Origin: Spirulina sp.
GTDB taxonomy: Bacteria > Cyanobacteriota > Cyanobacteriia > Phormidesmidales > Phormidesmidaceae
Reading direction: 5' to 3'
Assembly: GCA_044070495.1 (NCBI GenBank)
Contig: JBIPSI010000022.1
Location: forward strand, 1-64,000
DNA: 64,000 bases
This document shows positions 40,002-50,481 of this stretch, piece after piece. The notes under the pieces are model-generated. The model ran no database searches. It was not told the DNA's origin and saw only the letters and a list, made by a program, of their open reading frames with translations. The position numbers were made by a program, and so were the translations under genes. How positions within the stretch are numbered: position 1 is the stretch's first letter; every line of letters starts with the position of its first letter.

Positions 40002-40934
40002 CTAGGCAGCGAGGATTTGATCATCCAAACTAAAATCCACCTCGGCCTTGTCTTTGCCCGTGGCGAGATAGTCGTTTTGGAAGGAGTCCTTCAGCCCCGC
40101 GACCAGGTCAAACTTCGGTGCCCAATTGAGTTCGGCCTGGGCTTTGTCGATGGCGGTGAAGAAATGCTGCACCCGCATGGGGAAGGCTTTGGCTTTCCCA
40201 AAGTCAAAGGCTTTGGGGTCGTAGTGGACGATCTTGAGGTCGGCGGGATCTTGGCCAGATGCTTCGGCACAGGCACGGGCCAATCCATCAAAGGTGACGG
40301 CCTTTTCGCCGGAGATGTTGTAGATCTGGCCGATGGCGGTGTCGTTGCCCAGCACGGCGACCATGGCTTCGGCTAAATCCTGCACATGGCCCAACTGGGT
40401 GAGGTGCATCCCGTTGCCGGGGATGGGAACGGGGCGGTTGCGGACAATGCGGTCGAAGAACCAGGCTTCTAGGGGGTTGTAGTTTTGGGGGCCATAGATA
40501 TAGACCGGACGCACGGAGGTGAAGGGGACACCCTGGGCCTGGAGGTAGGCTTCGGTTTCAAATTTGCCCTTGTGACGGCTTTTGGGATCCACCGCATCCC
40601 CTTCGATGTGGGGCATTTGGTCGGATTTGAGGTACACCCCAGCCGAACTCACGTAGACGAAGTGCTGTACCTTATCGCCAAACAGTTCCACCAGGGGCTG
40701 AGTGTCCGATAGTTCACGCCCGTTGTTATCGAAGATGGCGTCAAAGGATTCCCCCGCCAGCTTGCTTTTCAGGGTGTCAGCATCGGTGCGGTCGCCCACA
40801 ATAGTTTGCAAGCCTTCCACCGGAGACGGCTTTTTGCCTCGGTTAAACAGCACCACCTCATGGCCCTGGGCTACGAGCAACTTCGTGAGATACACCCCAA
40901 TAAACCGAGTGCCGCCCATGACTAAAATTCGCAT
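40002..40934 (-). CDS. NAD-dependent epimerase/dehydratase, CSP41-like
   Basis: GGTRFIG, DNNGRE, YVSSAGVY, RPVYIYGP, KAFPMRVQHFF. Confidence 0.9.
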   Translation of the reverse strand: MRILVMGGTRFIGVYLTKLLVAQGHEVVLFNRGKKPSPVEGLQTIVGDRTDADTLKSKLAGESFDAIFDNNGRELSDTQPLVELFGDKVQHFVYVSSAGVYLKSDQMPHIEGDAVDPKSRHKGKFETEAYLQAQGVPFTSVRPVYIYGPQNYNPLEAWFFDRIVRNRPVPIPGNGMHLTQLGHVQDLAEAMVAVLGNDTAIGQIYNISGEKAVTFDGLARACAEASGQDPADLKIVHYDPKAFDFGKAKAFPMRVQHFFTAIDKAQAELNWAPKFDLVAGLKDSFQNDYLATGKDKAEVDFSLDDQILAA

Positions 40935-41208
40935 GATTACCTCCCAACCGCTGAAGAAACCGGATCCAAATCCAAAGGGGGCCGTTTACCGAGGATTTAC
41001 CCCAGGGACGGGCTGAACTTGGTTTTATGTCCCTATATTAAGCCGTGGCGATCCCCGAAATTTGCCTTAAGAATCAGGGCCTTGGGGCCAACGACCCTTA
41101 AGCTGAACCGTAGATATGCCCAGCACCCTTACGCGGGAGGGGGAACCCGCCTAAAATGTTAGGAATTAAGCACTTCGCCCCACGGCCTCTGCGCGAGACT
41201 ATCTCCCT

Positions 41209-42627
41209 ATGCGAGAGCTGGATAACGCCTACCGAATTCTAGAGCTAGAGCCTGGTGCCTCTTTAGAGGACATCAACCAGGCTTATAAGGATTTGGTGTT
41301 CGTTTGGCATCCCGACCGCATCCCCCAAGAGAACGAGCGCCTGTACCAAAAGGCCCAGGACAAAATTAAGGCCCTCAACCATGCGCGGGATGTGCTGCGT
41401 TCCCACAACCGCAATGGTCGCAACGGCAGCGCCAGTGCCACCACCAACCGCTACGGCACCACCAGTCGCTATCAGTCTTCCTCCTCCAGCTACTACTCCG
41501 CCTCCCAGTCCTCTGGCGAGGGCAGCGACCGCCGCTACTACGGCAACAACTATCGCCCCCCCTACGGCTACGGCAGTAACTATCGGCGGCCCTACGAACC
41601 TAGCTCGGCTCAGGGCAGTGGCAACTCCAGTAGCTCCAGCAACCCTAGTAATTCTGGCACTGGCAGCGCGGGTCAATCGGCCAATTCCACCTACCAGAGT
41701 CGCTACTATCGCTATCAGCAGAACACCTACGGCCAGCCGCCCTACGGCCCAGGCACCGCCGCCAGCAACGGTCAGGGCACAGCGGCCAATGGTGGGGCTA
41801 AGTCCGATTCAGGCCAATCCTCGGCCAACGGGACTTCAGCCCACGGAACTTCAGCTAAGGGCACCTCAGCCAACGGAAGCTCAGCCAACGGAAGCTCGGC
41901 TAACGGAAGCTCGGCTAACGGAACGTCTAGCCAAAACGCTGGCCCAACGGGATCATCCCAAGCCTCTAGCTCCTACCAAACCTATCGCCAACGGCGCGAT
42001 GCCGCAGCGGGGGTAGGCCGTTCCCAGACCAGTGGACAGAGTGGATCCGCCGCATCGGGCCAAGCCACCAGCGGTTCCGAGGATTCCAATCAGAGTGCGG
42101 GTCGCCAGAGTAGCTACGGCTTTAACCACCATGGCACTGGCCCGACTGGCCCCAAGGTGACCCCTAACACCGCCCCACCCCGCCCATCGGTCGATCCGGG
42201 CTACAACACCTACAACGCCCACACCCGCAATTCCGCCAGCAGCGCCCACCGAGACCGCCAGCGCCCAGACCTCAGCGGCAAAGATCTGCGGGGGGCCAAC
42301 CTGCGCGAGAAGGACTTTGCCAATCGCAACCTCAGTGGGGCCGACCTCAGTGGAGCCGACCTCAGCGACGCTTTTTTGCACAAGGTCAACCTCAACCGGG
42401 CCAACCTCAGCAAAGCCAGACTGTTTCGGGCCAACCTGCTCCAGGCCGACCTCAGCCACGCCAACCTACGCGAAGCCGACCTGATTGGGGCCGACTTTAG
42501 CGGCGCGGATTTGAGTGGGGCCGACCTCAGTGGGGCCAAGGTGGCCGTAGGCGGGCGCACCATGGTCAAGCTGACGGGCACCATTCTCACCGGGGCCATC
42601 ATGCCCGATGGCTCCATCCACGATTGA
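41209..42627 (+). CDS. J-domain protein with a long low-complexity linker and pentapeptide repeats
   Basis: WHPD J-domain, ~280-aa S/G/N/Y/Q-rich region, A(D/N)LSG repeats. Confidence 0.9.
   Translation: MRELDNAYRILELEPGASLEDINQAYKDLVFVWHPDRIPQENERLYQKAQDKIKALNHARDVLRSHNRNGRNGSASATTNRYGTTSRYQSSSSSYYSASQSSGEGSDRRYYGNNYRPPYGYGSNYRRPYEPSSAQGSGNSSSSSNPSNSGTGSAGQSANSTYQSRYYRYQQNTYGQPPYGPGTAASNGQGTAANGGAKSDSGQSSANGTSAHGTSAKGTSANGSSANGSSANGSSANGTSSQNAGPTGSSQASSSYQTYRQRRDAAAGVGRSQTSGQSGSAASGQATSGSEDSNQSAGRQSSYGFNHHGTGPTGPKVTPNTAPPRPSVDPGYNTYNAHTRNSASSAHRDRQRPDLSGKDLRGANLREKDFANRNLSGADLSGADLSDAFLHKVNLNRANLSKARLFRANLLQADLSHANLREADLIGADFSGADLSGADLSGAKVAVGGRTMVKLTGTILTGAIMPDGSIHD
41821..41925 (+). repeat. 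15-bp tandem repeat x7 (SANGS-type)
   Basis: tc(g/a)gc(c/t)aacggaagc-like units. Confidence 0.85.
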
Positions 42628-43105
42628 TCCCAAATCCCCAATCCCAATCCACTCATATCAAGGCTAGGGGCCATTTATCAGCAATTCTCAGTATGACTAG
42701 GCTAGTGAATAAAATACCGCTCAGGCTGAGCCTGTATAAGAGGGCGTTTGAAAAGGGTTGCTTCAGGTGCGGTTGGTCACTAGATCGGTGCAAATCTACG
42801 GGATTTTTGACGACTGAGGCTGACCTCATCGGTATAACTTGGGACATGCTTCAGCTTTTCAAACGTCCTCTAAGCCTTGTCACTCTTCGACAGGCTCAGG
42901 GCCAATGGCCAATTTACCAAAATGAGAATGGCTGGCCATTTATGGCTGCGATTTTATTTAGCCTGAGTGCAGAATAAGCCAAGGACTGCAATCTTCTAGG
43001 AACCTGCCTCCGACTGGCGCTTTGGGTTCACGGTGGAGGGCAGAGCCGGAAATCTAGGCGACCCGCTTACTATGGTTAAAGATAGCGTTACCTTTTACCG
43101 ACCCC

Positions 43106-44737
43106 GTGGCTGACTCCCCCTTCCTAGACGAAACCCTGCTGTTCGAGCCTACTTCTGCCACGGAGGATGCCCTAGCCGTCATTTTCGCGTTTCCAAATAC
43201 CTACAGCGTCGGCATCACCAGCCTGGGCTATCAGGTGGTGTGGGCCACCCTAGCCCGTCGCGCCGATGTGGCGGTGAGCCGTTTGTTTACCGATCACCAG
43301 GAACCGCTACCCGCTCGGCCTGATGTGGTGGGGTTTTCCCTGTCCTGGGAGTTGGACTATGGCAATGTGCTGACTCATTTGGAGAACCTGCATGTGCCCA
43401 TCCATGCTGAAGACCGGGGTGACGAGCATCCCCTGGTGTTTGGCGGTGGCCCGGTGCTGACGGCTAACCCAGAACCCTTTGCCGCCTTTTTTGATGTGAT
43501 TTTGCTGGGGGATGGCGAAACCCTTCTAGATGATTTTTTTGATCAGCTCAACGCCCTAAAAGCCGCTTCTCGTCAGGAAAAGTTGCGCCACCTGGCCCAA
43601 ATGCCGGGGGTCTATGTGCCTGCCCTGTATCGCCCGGTTTTCGATGACCCCACGGGGCCGATGGTGGCCATTGAACCCATCGACGACGGCATCCCCGCCC
43701 AGGTGCAGAAGCAAACCTATCGCGGCAATGTGCTGTCTACCTCCACCGTGGTGACGCCCCTGGCCGCCTGGGAGAATATCTTTATGGTGGAAGTGGTGCG
43801 AAGCTGCCCGGAAATGTGCCGCTTTTGTCTCGCCAGCTACCTCACCCTGCCCTTTCGCACCGCCAGTTTAGAAGGATCGCTGATGCCCGCCATCGAGCGC
43901 GGCCTAGCGGTGACGGATCGCCTGGGTTTGCTCGGCGCTTCCGTCACCCAGCACCCCGAATTTGACACCCTGCTGGACTACCTCAACCAGCCCCAGTTCG
44001 ACCAGGTGCGGCTCAGCATTGCCTCGGTGCGTACCAACACCGTCAACCCCAAACTGGCGGAAACCCTGACCCGCCACGGCACCCGATCCATCACCATTGC
44101 GGTGGAAAGCGGATCGGAACGGGTGCGCCACATCGTCAACAAAAAGCTGGACACCGAAGACATCGAAGCCGCCGCCGTCAACGCCAAAGCCGGAGGGCTG
44201 AGTGCCCTCAAGCTCTACGGCATGGCAGGCATTCCCGGCGAAGCGATGGAGGATTTGGAGCAAACCGCCACCATGATGCAGCGCCTCAAAAAAGCCGCCC
44301 CCGGTCTGCGCCTCACCCTCGGATGCAGCACCTTTGTCCCCAAGGCCCACACGCCGTTTCAGTGGTACGGCATCAACCGCGAGGCGGAAAAACGGCTGAA
44401 ATTTCTGCAAAAACAGCTCGGCAAAATCGGCGCAGACTTTCGGCCCGAAAGCTACAACTGGTCAGTCATCCAGGCCCTCATTTCCAGAGGGGATCGCCGC
44501 CTGACTCCGCTTTTGGAACAGGTGCGTCACTATGGCGACTCCCTCGGCAGCTACAAACGGGCGTTCAAAGACATGAAGGGCCAGCTTCCAACCTTGGATT
44601 TCTACGTCCACGACACCTGGCCCACCGACCAACCCCTACCCTGGGATCACCTGCAAGGCCCTCTGCCCAAGGCCACCCTGGCCAAACACCTGGCCGAGGC
44701 CCAATCCCTGATGGCGATTCCCCAGCCCGTTGCCTAG
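43106..44737 (+). CDS. Radical SAM protein (B12-binding-like N-terminus)
   Basis: FPNTYSVGITSLG, GGPVLTANPEP, CPEMCRFC, FVPKAHTPFQW. Confidence 0.88.
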   Translation: MADSPFLDETLLFEPTSATEDALAVIFAFPNTYSVGITSLGYQVVWATLARRADVAVSRLFTDHQEPLPARPDVVGFSLSWELDYGNVLTHLENLHVPIHAEDRGDEHPLVFGGGPVLTANPEPFAAFFDVILLGDGETLLDDFFDQLNALKAASRQEKLRHLAQMPGVYVPALYRPVFDDPTGPMVAIEPIDDGIPAQVQKQTYRGNVLSTSTVVTPLAAWENIFMVEVVRSCPEMCRFCLASYLTLPFRTASLEGSLMPAIERGLAVTDRLGLLGASVTQHPEFDTLLDYLNQPQFDQVRLSIASVRTNTVNPKLAETLTRHGTRSITIAVESGSERVRHIVNKKLDTEDIEAAAVNAKAGGLSALKLYGMAGIPGEAMEDLEQTATMMQRLKKAAPGLRLTLGCSTFVPKAHTPFQWYGINREAEKRLKFLQKQLGKIGADFRPESYNWSVIQALISRGDRRLTPLLEQVRHYGDSLGSYKRAFKDMKGQLPTLDFYVHDTWPTDQPLPWDHLQGPLPKATLAKHLAEAQSLMAIPQPVA

Positions 44738-44879
44738 CCTTCGGGGTGGCCTACGGTGATTTCTCTGCTACGGCCTAGGCTTAGATCATTGGTCAGACTA
44801 TACCTAAGCGACGAAGACAGTCTGATACCAAGGCAATGTGCTAATGTCCTGAGTGTTTGACCCATGTTCTCGCTACCCC

Positions 44880-45698
44880 ATGCAACAATTTAGTCTTTCC
44901 CCCTCTGCCCTGGTATCTAGCCTCTGGCAACACCGAGACCTTGTGAAGGTACTCACCCAGCGGGACGTGGTCGGGCGGTATAAGGGATCGAGCCTGGGGT
45001 TACTGTGGTCGTTTTTCAACCCGCTGTTTATGCTGGCGGTTTATACCTTTGTCTTCAGCGTGGTGTTTCAGGCCAAATGGGGCCAGGGCAACGATTCTCA
45101 GGGCGAGTTTGCCCTGCTGCTATTTGCCGGGTTGATTGTATTCAACTTTTTTTCGGAATGTGTGAACCGGGCTCCGACCCTGATTTTAAATAACGTCAGC
45201 TATGTCAAAAAAGTGGTCTTCCCCCTGGAAATTCTGCCCTGGGTGTCCATCGGTTCGGCCCTGTTTCATACCTTAGTCAGCCTAGGGGTATGGCTGCTGT
45301 TTTATATGCTGTTGTTTGGGGTTCCCCAGCCCACGGTTTTACTGTTCCCCTTGGTGTTTATTCCGGTTATTTTGCTCACCGCTGGCCTCAGTTGGTTCCT
45401 AACCGCCCTGGGCGTCTACGTGCGCGACATTGCCCAGGTGGTGTCCCTGTTAACCACCATGATGATGTTTCTCTCGCCCATTTTCTATCCCATTGAAGCC
45501 CTGCCGGAGGAGTTTCAACCGCTGCTGCTGCTCAATCCCCTTACCCCCTCTTTGGGTGATGTGCGCGGTGTGCTGATGTGGGGACAAGTCCCTAATTGGC
45601 AGGCTTGGTTCAGCTATTTAGTGGGCTGTGGCCTAGTAGCCTGGGTCGGATTTGCCTGGTTTCAAAAGACTCGCAAAGGCTTTGCCGACGTCCTCTAA
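44880..45698 (+). CDS. ABC-2 polysaccharide export permease (Wzm/RfbA-like)
   Basis: RD...RYKGS.LG.LWSF.NPL, YVKKVVFP, MFLSPIFYP, RKGFADVL. Confidence 0.9.
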   Translation: MQQFSLSPSALVSSLWQHRDLVKVLTQRDVVGRYKGSSLGLLWSFFNPLFMLAVYTFVFSVVFQAKWGQGNDSQGEFALLLFAGLIVFNFFSECVNRAPTLILNNVSYVKKVVFPLEILPWVSIGSALFHTLVSLGVWLLFYMLLFGVPQPTVLLFPLVFIPVILLTAGLSWFLTALGVYVRDIAQVVSLLTTMMMFLSPIFYPIEALPEEFQPLLLLNPLTPSLGDVRGVLMWGQVPNWQAWFSYLVGCGLVAWVGFAWFQKTRKGFADVL

Positions 45699-46486
45699 TG
45701 ACGGCGTCCCCCCCCAACCGTTGGGCGCTGGCTTACCTCAGCTAACCGCTGCCATTCCTGCTGAAGGGACTGCTGTAGAGAACGGTTTAGAGGATCCAAT
45801 CGAGCCGCTTTTTTCAGACAGGCCGAGGCCTTAGTAAGGTTGTCGTCACTAATGGCCGCCTGCCCCCAGCGGTAGTAGGTGATGGCGTGCCACTGGCGAA
45901 TTTCAGGATCGTTGGGGAAGCGATGGGCCAAGCCCTCCACCAAGGCCACCGCCCTGGGGTAGCGCTGGTTTTGTAGGAACGATTGAAGTTGGACAAAGCT
46001 ACTCTGCTTCAGGTCTTGGTCGGCCTCAGACCCCCCAGGGGGCTGCTGAATGGGGGGCTGTGATGGGGCCGGAGATTCACCGTTCTGCGGGGCCGAGTTC
46101 GTTGTCGCTGACTGAGTTGTCGCTGACTGAGTTGTCGCTGAGCGGGTAGACGCCCCACGACTTCGACTTGATGCCCCACGACTTGATACCGAGGGCGGTG
46201 GCGTTGATGGGACGGACTTGGCAGCAGATGGGGGAGCAGGCCTTGATGCTGTAGAGTCTGCTGTGGTCGTAGTTCGAGGGCTAACCTTGGACACGCCAGC
46301 GGGCAGCGCATCGGCAATGGCCTGGTACGCCTGGGTAATTTGGACAAATTTCTCCTTGGCCAGGTGATCCCCCGGATTCACATCGGGGTGATACAGCCGC
46401 GCCAAATTGCGATAGGCCAGCTTCACAGCCTCAAAATCGGCCCCGGTGCGCAGGCCCAAAATTCGATAGTAGTGTGCCGCCGCCAT
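45695..46486 (-). CDS. J-domain protein with an S/T/P linker and C-terminal TPR
   Basis: YYRILGL, YHPDVN; SATTQ x3 (15-bp repeat at 46101-46141); TPR-like C-terminus. Confidence 0.85.
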   Translation of the reverse strand: MAAAHYYRILGLRTGADFEAVKLAYRNLARLYHPDVNPGDHLAKEKFVQITQAYQAIADALPAGVSKVSPRTTTTADSTASRPAPPSAAKSVPSTPPPSVSSRGASSRSRGASTRSATTQSATTQSATTNSAPQNGESPAPSQPPIQQPPGGSEADQDLKQSSFVQLQSFLQNQRYPRAVALVEGLAHRFPNDPEIRQWHAITYYRWGQAAISDDNLTKASACLKKAARLDPLNRSLQQSLQQEWQRLAEVSQRPTVGGGRRH

Positions 46487-46626
46487 GGAATCCTACCTTT
46501 GGTAATCGCCCCGATGACTGGATGCTAGCCTAGGGAGCGCAGAGTCGTTAAAGTCGCCCCTATTCTGCCAACTTTCGAGAAAAATGGCGCACTCTTTTAT
46601 ACCAAGACAGCCTAGAAAATCGGTGT

Positions 46627-46687
46627 AAAAAAGGTGCGCCCCTGAAAAAACTGCTAGGACAGCAGATCTTTTAAGGAGGAGCGCACC
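46627..46687 (-). terminator. Putative terminator after clpP
   Basis: GGTGCGC...GCGCACC stem with a T-run on the minus strand. Confidence 0.45.
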
Positions 46688-46758
46688 CCATCAAGGACTG
46701 CGATAGGTTTGATGATGCAAACGCAAACCCAATACAAGTAACGATGAGCCTGGTTAGG

Positions 46759-47394
46759 CTAGATCGTCGAGGCCGCAGTGGTCGCGAGTTCTTGGCTGCG
46801 ATCTTCAATCACCTTGTCGATCAGGCCATAGGTGGCGGCTTCTTCGGCAGACATGAAGTAGTCGCGGTCGGTGTCTTTTTCGATTTGTTCGATGGGTTTG
46901 CCGGTGTGGCGGGCCATCATTTCGTTGAGTTCCTGGCGCACCCGCAGGATTTCCTTGGCCTCAATGGCGATGTCGCTGGCCTGGAGGCGTTGCCGTCCGG
47001 TGCCGCCCATGGGTTGGTGGATCATAATCCGCGAGTGGGGCAGAGCCAACCGCTTGCCGGGGCTACCCGCCGCCAGCAGAAACGCGCCCATGGAAGCCGC
47101 CAGACCCAGGCAGATCGTTACCACATCAGACTTGATGTACTGCATGGTGTCGTAGATGGCCATCCCCGCCGTGACCGAACCACCGGGGGAGTTGATATAG
47201 AGGTAAATGGGCTTGCTGTTGTCGTCGGAATCGAGGTACAGCATGGCCGCCACAATGGAGTTGGCCAGGGTATCGGTGACTTCTTGCCCTAGAAAAATGA
47301 TGCGCTCTTGGTTGAGGCGGGTGTAGATGTCAACCCACTGGCTGTATTGGCTACCGGGAAGACGATAGGGAACCTTGGGAGTACCGATGGGCAT
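46759..47394 (-). CDS. clpP: ATP-dependent Clp protease proteolytic subunit (ClpP3-type)
   Basis: [36 protein letters not shown]. Confidence 0.95.
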   Translation of the reverse strand: MPIGTPKVPYRLPGSQYSQWVDIYTRLNQERIIFLGQEVTDTLANSIVAAMLYLDSDDNSKPIYLYINSPGGSVTAGMAIYDTMQYIKSDVVTICLGLAASMGAFLLAAGSPGKRLALPHSRIMIHQPMGGTGRQRLQASDIAIEAKEILRVRQELNEMMARHTGKPIEQIEKDTDRDYFMSAEEAATYGLIDKVIEDRSQELATTAASTI

Positions 47395-47465
47395 AGCGTT
47401 TTTGCAACCTTAAAAATGAGAAACAACGTAGGTTTGAAAAAATTCTGCGACCAAATCTGAATAAC

Positions 47466-47593
47466 GTAGGGTGGGCACTGCCCACCAGATGGGAGCCTTC
47501 CGTAGGACGGGTTAGCTTGGCAGAATCCATGTCGAATCATCCCAGACTGAATCACCCCTTTGATGTGCTACGGCATGGCCTAACGCATCCGAC
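47466..47593. repeat. REP cluster between clpR and clpP
   Basis: GTAGGGTGGGCACTGCCCACC followed by GTAGGACGGGTTAG...CTAACGCATCCGAC. Confidence 0.6.
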
Positions 47594-47605
47594 AAAAGCC
47601 ACGAT

Positions 47606-48292
47606 CTAGGCGACTCCAGCCGCCATTTTGGGCAGCTCTTTCCGGCTTTCTAAAACACGGTCAATAATGCCGTACTCCTTGGCCTCTTGGGGGTTCATGT
47701 AGAACATGCGGTCAGAGTCGTGCATCACTTGGTCGAGGGTTTTGCCCGTACTCTTGGCCAAAATCCCCATCATGGATCGCTTGTTGTCGATCACTTCCTT
47801 GGCGCGAATTTCGATGTCGGTGGCTTGACCTTGGGCACCGCTGCGGGGTTGGTTGAGCACAATGCGGGCGTGGGGCAGGCTGGCCCGATAGCCCTTGGTG
47901 CCCGCCGCCAAAATCACCGCCGCCGACCCCATGGCCTGACCAATGCAGATGGTGTGGACGGGGGGCTTGATGTAGTTCATGGTGTCGCAGATGGCAAAGG
48001 CTTCGGTGTCGTAGCCGATCATATTGCCGTCGTACCAGGAGGTGCCCGTGGAATTGATGTAGAAAAAGATGGGTTTGTCGGGGTCGTCAAACTGAAGGTA
48101 GAGCAACTGGGCGATGATCAGTTCGGTCACATCAATGCCCACCTGTTGCTTGATGTCGTCGCCCGAAAACAGGGGCAGACCCAGGTACACAATCCGCTCC
48201 TTCAGCAGCAGAGAGGGCAAATCTGGGGGCGGCGTGCGATACATAGCATCGCCATAGTAGGGGGCTTGCACAGCTTTAATTTCCATACTCAT
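47606..48292 (-). CDS. clpR: Non-catalytic Clp subunit ClpR
   Basis: RTPPPDLPSLLL.ERIVYLG, YINSTGTS; no catalytic Ser/His (QAMG, LNQP); upstream of clpP. Confidence 0.92.
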   Translation of the reverse strand: MSMEIKAVQAPYYGDAMYRTPPPDLPSLLLKERIVYLGLPLFSGDDIKQQVGIDVTELIIAQLLYLQFDDPDKPIFFYINSTGTSWYDGNMIGYDTEAFAICDTMNYIKPPVHTICIGQAMGSAAVILAAGTKGYRASLPHARIVLNQPRSGAQGQATDIEIRAKEVIDNKRSMMGILAKSTGKTLDQVMHDSDRMFYMNPQEAKEYGIIDRVLESRKELPKMAAGVA

Positions 48293-48418
48293 AGACCAAA
48301 CCTGCCCAAATACGGGTTTTTAACAGTGTAACGCGCTGGCGAACTGGGTTCTACCTAGGGTGTGGCGGATATCCCCACCCGCTGATGCCCATGGTGGCGA
48401 AACGTATTTCATCGGTAC

Positions 48419-48480
48419 AGAAACCCGGTTTCTCGGCTGAGCAGCCTATGCCTTCCGGCGACGACACAGAAACCGGGTTT
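48419..48480. repeat. Intergenic inverted-repeat element (AGAAACCCGGTTTCT...AGAAACCGGGTTT)
   Basis: Same family as 5698-5762. Confidence 0.65.
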
Positions 48481-48542
48481 TTAGCCCTATTGCACCAATA
48501 CTCTAGGCTAAACTGAGAGAAATATTAAGAAGTGTAACGACT

Positions 48543-50069
48543 ATGGCAAGCCCCATGGTGGCAGGTGGCAGTCAAATGGCAAACGGCAAAGGTGTGGTGG
48601 TGATTGGGGCGGGGATTGGCGGCCTTACAGCAGCGGCCCTGCTGGCCAAACGGGGCTATGCCGTGCGCGTGTTTGATCAAGCTCTGGTGGCGGGGGGCTG
48701 TGCCTCTACCTTTCGGCGGCGGGGCTTCACCTTCGATGTGGGGGCGACCCAAGTGGCGGGATTGGAACCGGGGGGCATCCACCACCAGATTTTTACCGAA
48801 CTGGATATTCCCCTGCCGGAGGCCACCTTCTGCGATCCGGCCTGTGCGGTCTTTTTACCGGGAGAAACCGAGCCGATTCAGGTGTGGCGAGATCCCGACG
48901 CATGGCAGGCGGAACGGCAGCGGCAATTTCCCGGCAGTGAACCCCTGTGGCAGTTGTTGCGGAATTTGTTTGTGCCAAGCTGGCGGTTCCAGGGGCGAGA
49001 TCCGGTGCTGCCCCCCCGCAACCTGTGGGATCTGGGTCGATTAGTGCAAGCCCTGCGACCCGACACCCTGCGCACCGTGCCCTACACCTTCGCCACCGTG
49101 GGGCAAGTGCTTCAGTCCTTAGGGTTGGCCGAAGATCGCCGCCTGAAGACCTTTTTAGATTTGCAACTCAAGCTCTATTCCCAGGTCAACGCCGACGAAA
49201 CCGCCCTGCTCTACGCCGCCACCGCCCTTAGTGTCTCCCAAGCGCCCCAGGGGTTGTTTCACCTCAAGGGCAGTATGCAGGTGTTGAGTGATTTGCTGGA
49301 AAAATCCCTAGCGCGAGATGGCGGCCTGCTGCAACTACGCCACACCGTCCAGCAGGTTCACACCCAAAACGGACGAGTCACAGGGGTGACGGTGCAGGAG
49401 CAAAAATCCGGCAAAACCTGGGTGGAACCCGCCGATCACGTCGTCGCCAATGTCACCGTACAAAACTTGGTGGACTTGCTGGGCGATCAGGCTCCCCAGG
49501 GCTACCGTCGCCGCGTGAAAAACCTGCCCCCCAGCAGCGGAGCCTTTGTGATTTACCTAGGCGTTGATGCGGAAGCTATCCCCCCCAACTGTCCGCCCCA
49601 CCTGCAATTTCTCTATAACTACGATGGCCCCATCGGCGAAAACAATTCTCTGTTCGTCTCCGTCAGTCGTCCTGGGGATGGTCGCGCTCCGGCGGGGCAG
49701 GCCACGATTATTGCCTCTACCTTCACCGACGTAGGCCCCTGGTGGCAAACCCAGGACTACGCTGCCCTCAAGCAAGCCTATACCGATGGCGCGATTCGCC
49801 GCCTCTCCAGCTATTTTGACCTGGATGCCAAACACCTCCTCCATGTCGAAGCCGCCACCCCTCGCACCTTCGCCCACTTCACCGCCCGTCAGCAGGGCAT
49901 CGTCGGCGGGTTGGGAATGCGGGTCAGCAGCTACGGCCCCTTTGGCTTTGCCAACCGCACCCCCATCAACGGCCTCTGGCTGGTGGGCGATTCCACCCAT
50001 CCCGGCGAGGGCACCGCTGGGGTGAGCTACTCGGCCCGCACGGTAGTCCAGCAAATTGAGGCGGGTTAA
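48543..50069 (+). CDS. crtD: Carotenoid C-3',4' desaturase (CrtD-type FAD oxidoreductase)
   Basis: IGAGIGGL, FDVGATQVAGLEPGGIH, GDSTHPGEGTAGVSYS; start may be 48576. Confidence 0.8.
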   Translation: MASPMVAGGSQMANGKGVVVIGAGIGGLTAAALLAKRGYAVRVFDQALVAGGCASTFRRRGFTFDVGATQVAGLEPGGIHHQIFTELDIPLPEATFCDPACAVFLPGETEPIQVWRDPDAWQAERQRQFPGSEPLWQLLRNLFVPSWRFQGRDPVLPPRNLWDLGRLVQALRPDTLRTVPYTFATVGQVLQSLGLAEDRRLKTFLDLQLKLYSQVNADETALLYAATALSVSQAPQGLFHLKGSMQVLSDLLEKSLARDGGLLQLRHTVQQVHTQNGRVTGVTVQEQKSGKTWVEPADHVVANVTVQNLVDLLGDQAPQGYRRRVKNLPPSSGAFVIYLGVDAEAIPPNCPPHLQFLYNYDGPIGENNSLFVSVSRPGDGRAPAGQATIIASTFTDVGPWWQTQDYAALKQAYTDGAIRRLSSYFDLDAKHLLHVEAATPRTFAHFTARQQGIVGGLGMRVSSYGPFGFANRTPINGLWLVGDSTHPGEGTAGVSYSARTVVQQIEAG

Positions 50070-50440
50070 GATAGTTCGTCTTCCTGGGGGTGAAGGTTCT
50101 GTAGACGTTTCTGGCCTGCCACCGATTTGAGACAAGCCTTACAGGTAACGTCTTGAATATCTAGAGTGTGGGTGCCATCAAGCACAAGTTTTCCGCAGGC
50201 CATCCACGGGAGATCGGCTGAAGTTTGGGCCAAGTCGTGGGTGAGGTGAATGGTGACGGGTTTGAGCGGTTCACCAAGAAGTTTCTTCCCCGCTACCGAG
50301 TTCAAGCAGGCTTTGCAGGTGACCCTTTGGATGTCTGAGGTATGGGCTACTGCATCGAGCGCAACTTTGCCGCAGGCTGACCAGTGATCAACTAAATTTT
50401 GGGCTAAATCGTGGGTTAGGTGGACGGTGGCTGGCTTCAT
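50066..50440 (-). CDS. Hypothetical protein of two tandem H/C/CxxC modules
   Basis: KP.T.HLTHDLAQ...W.ACGK..LD..HT.DIQ.VTCKACL.SVAG.K.L twice. Confidence 0.7.
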   Translation of the reverse strand: MKPATVHLTHDLAQNLVDHWSACGKVALDAVAHTSDIQRVTCKACLNSVAGKKLLGEPLKPVTIHLTHDLAQTSADLPWMACGKLVLDGTHTLDIQDVTCKACLKSVAGQKRLQNLHPQEDELS

Positions 50441-50481
50441 GATTCACCACTGGAGGAGCGGTTTCGCTGGGAGTCCTCTGG

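Noticed and set aside
42624..42977. 117-aa ORF after the pentapeptide protein
   Set aside because: Starts in a CCCAAT-type short repeat, includes a REP half, and has no coding signature
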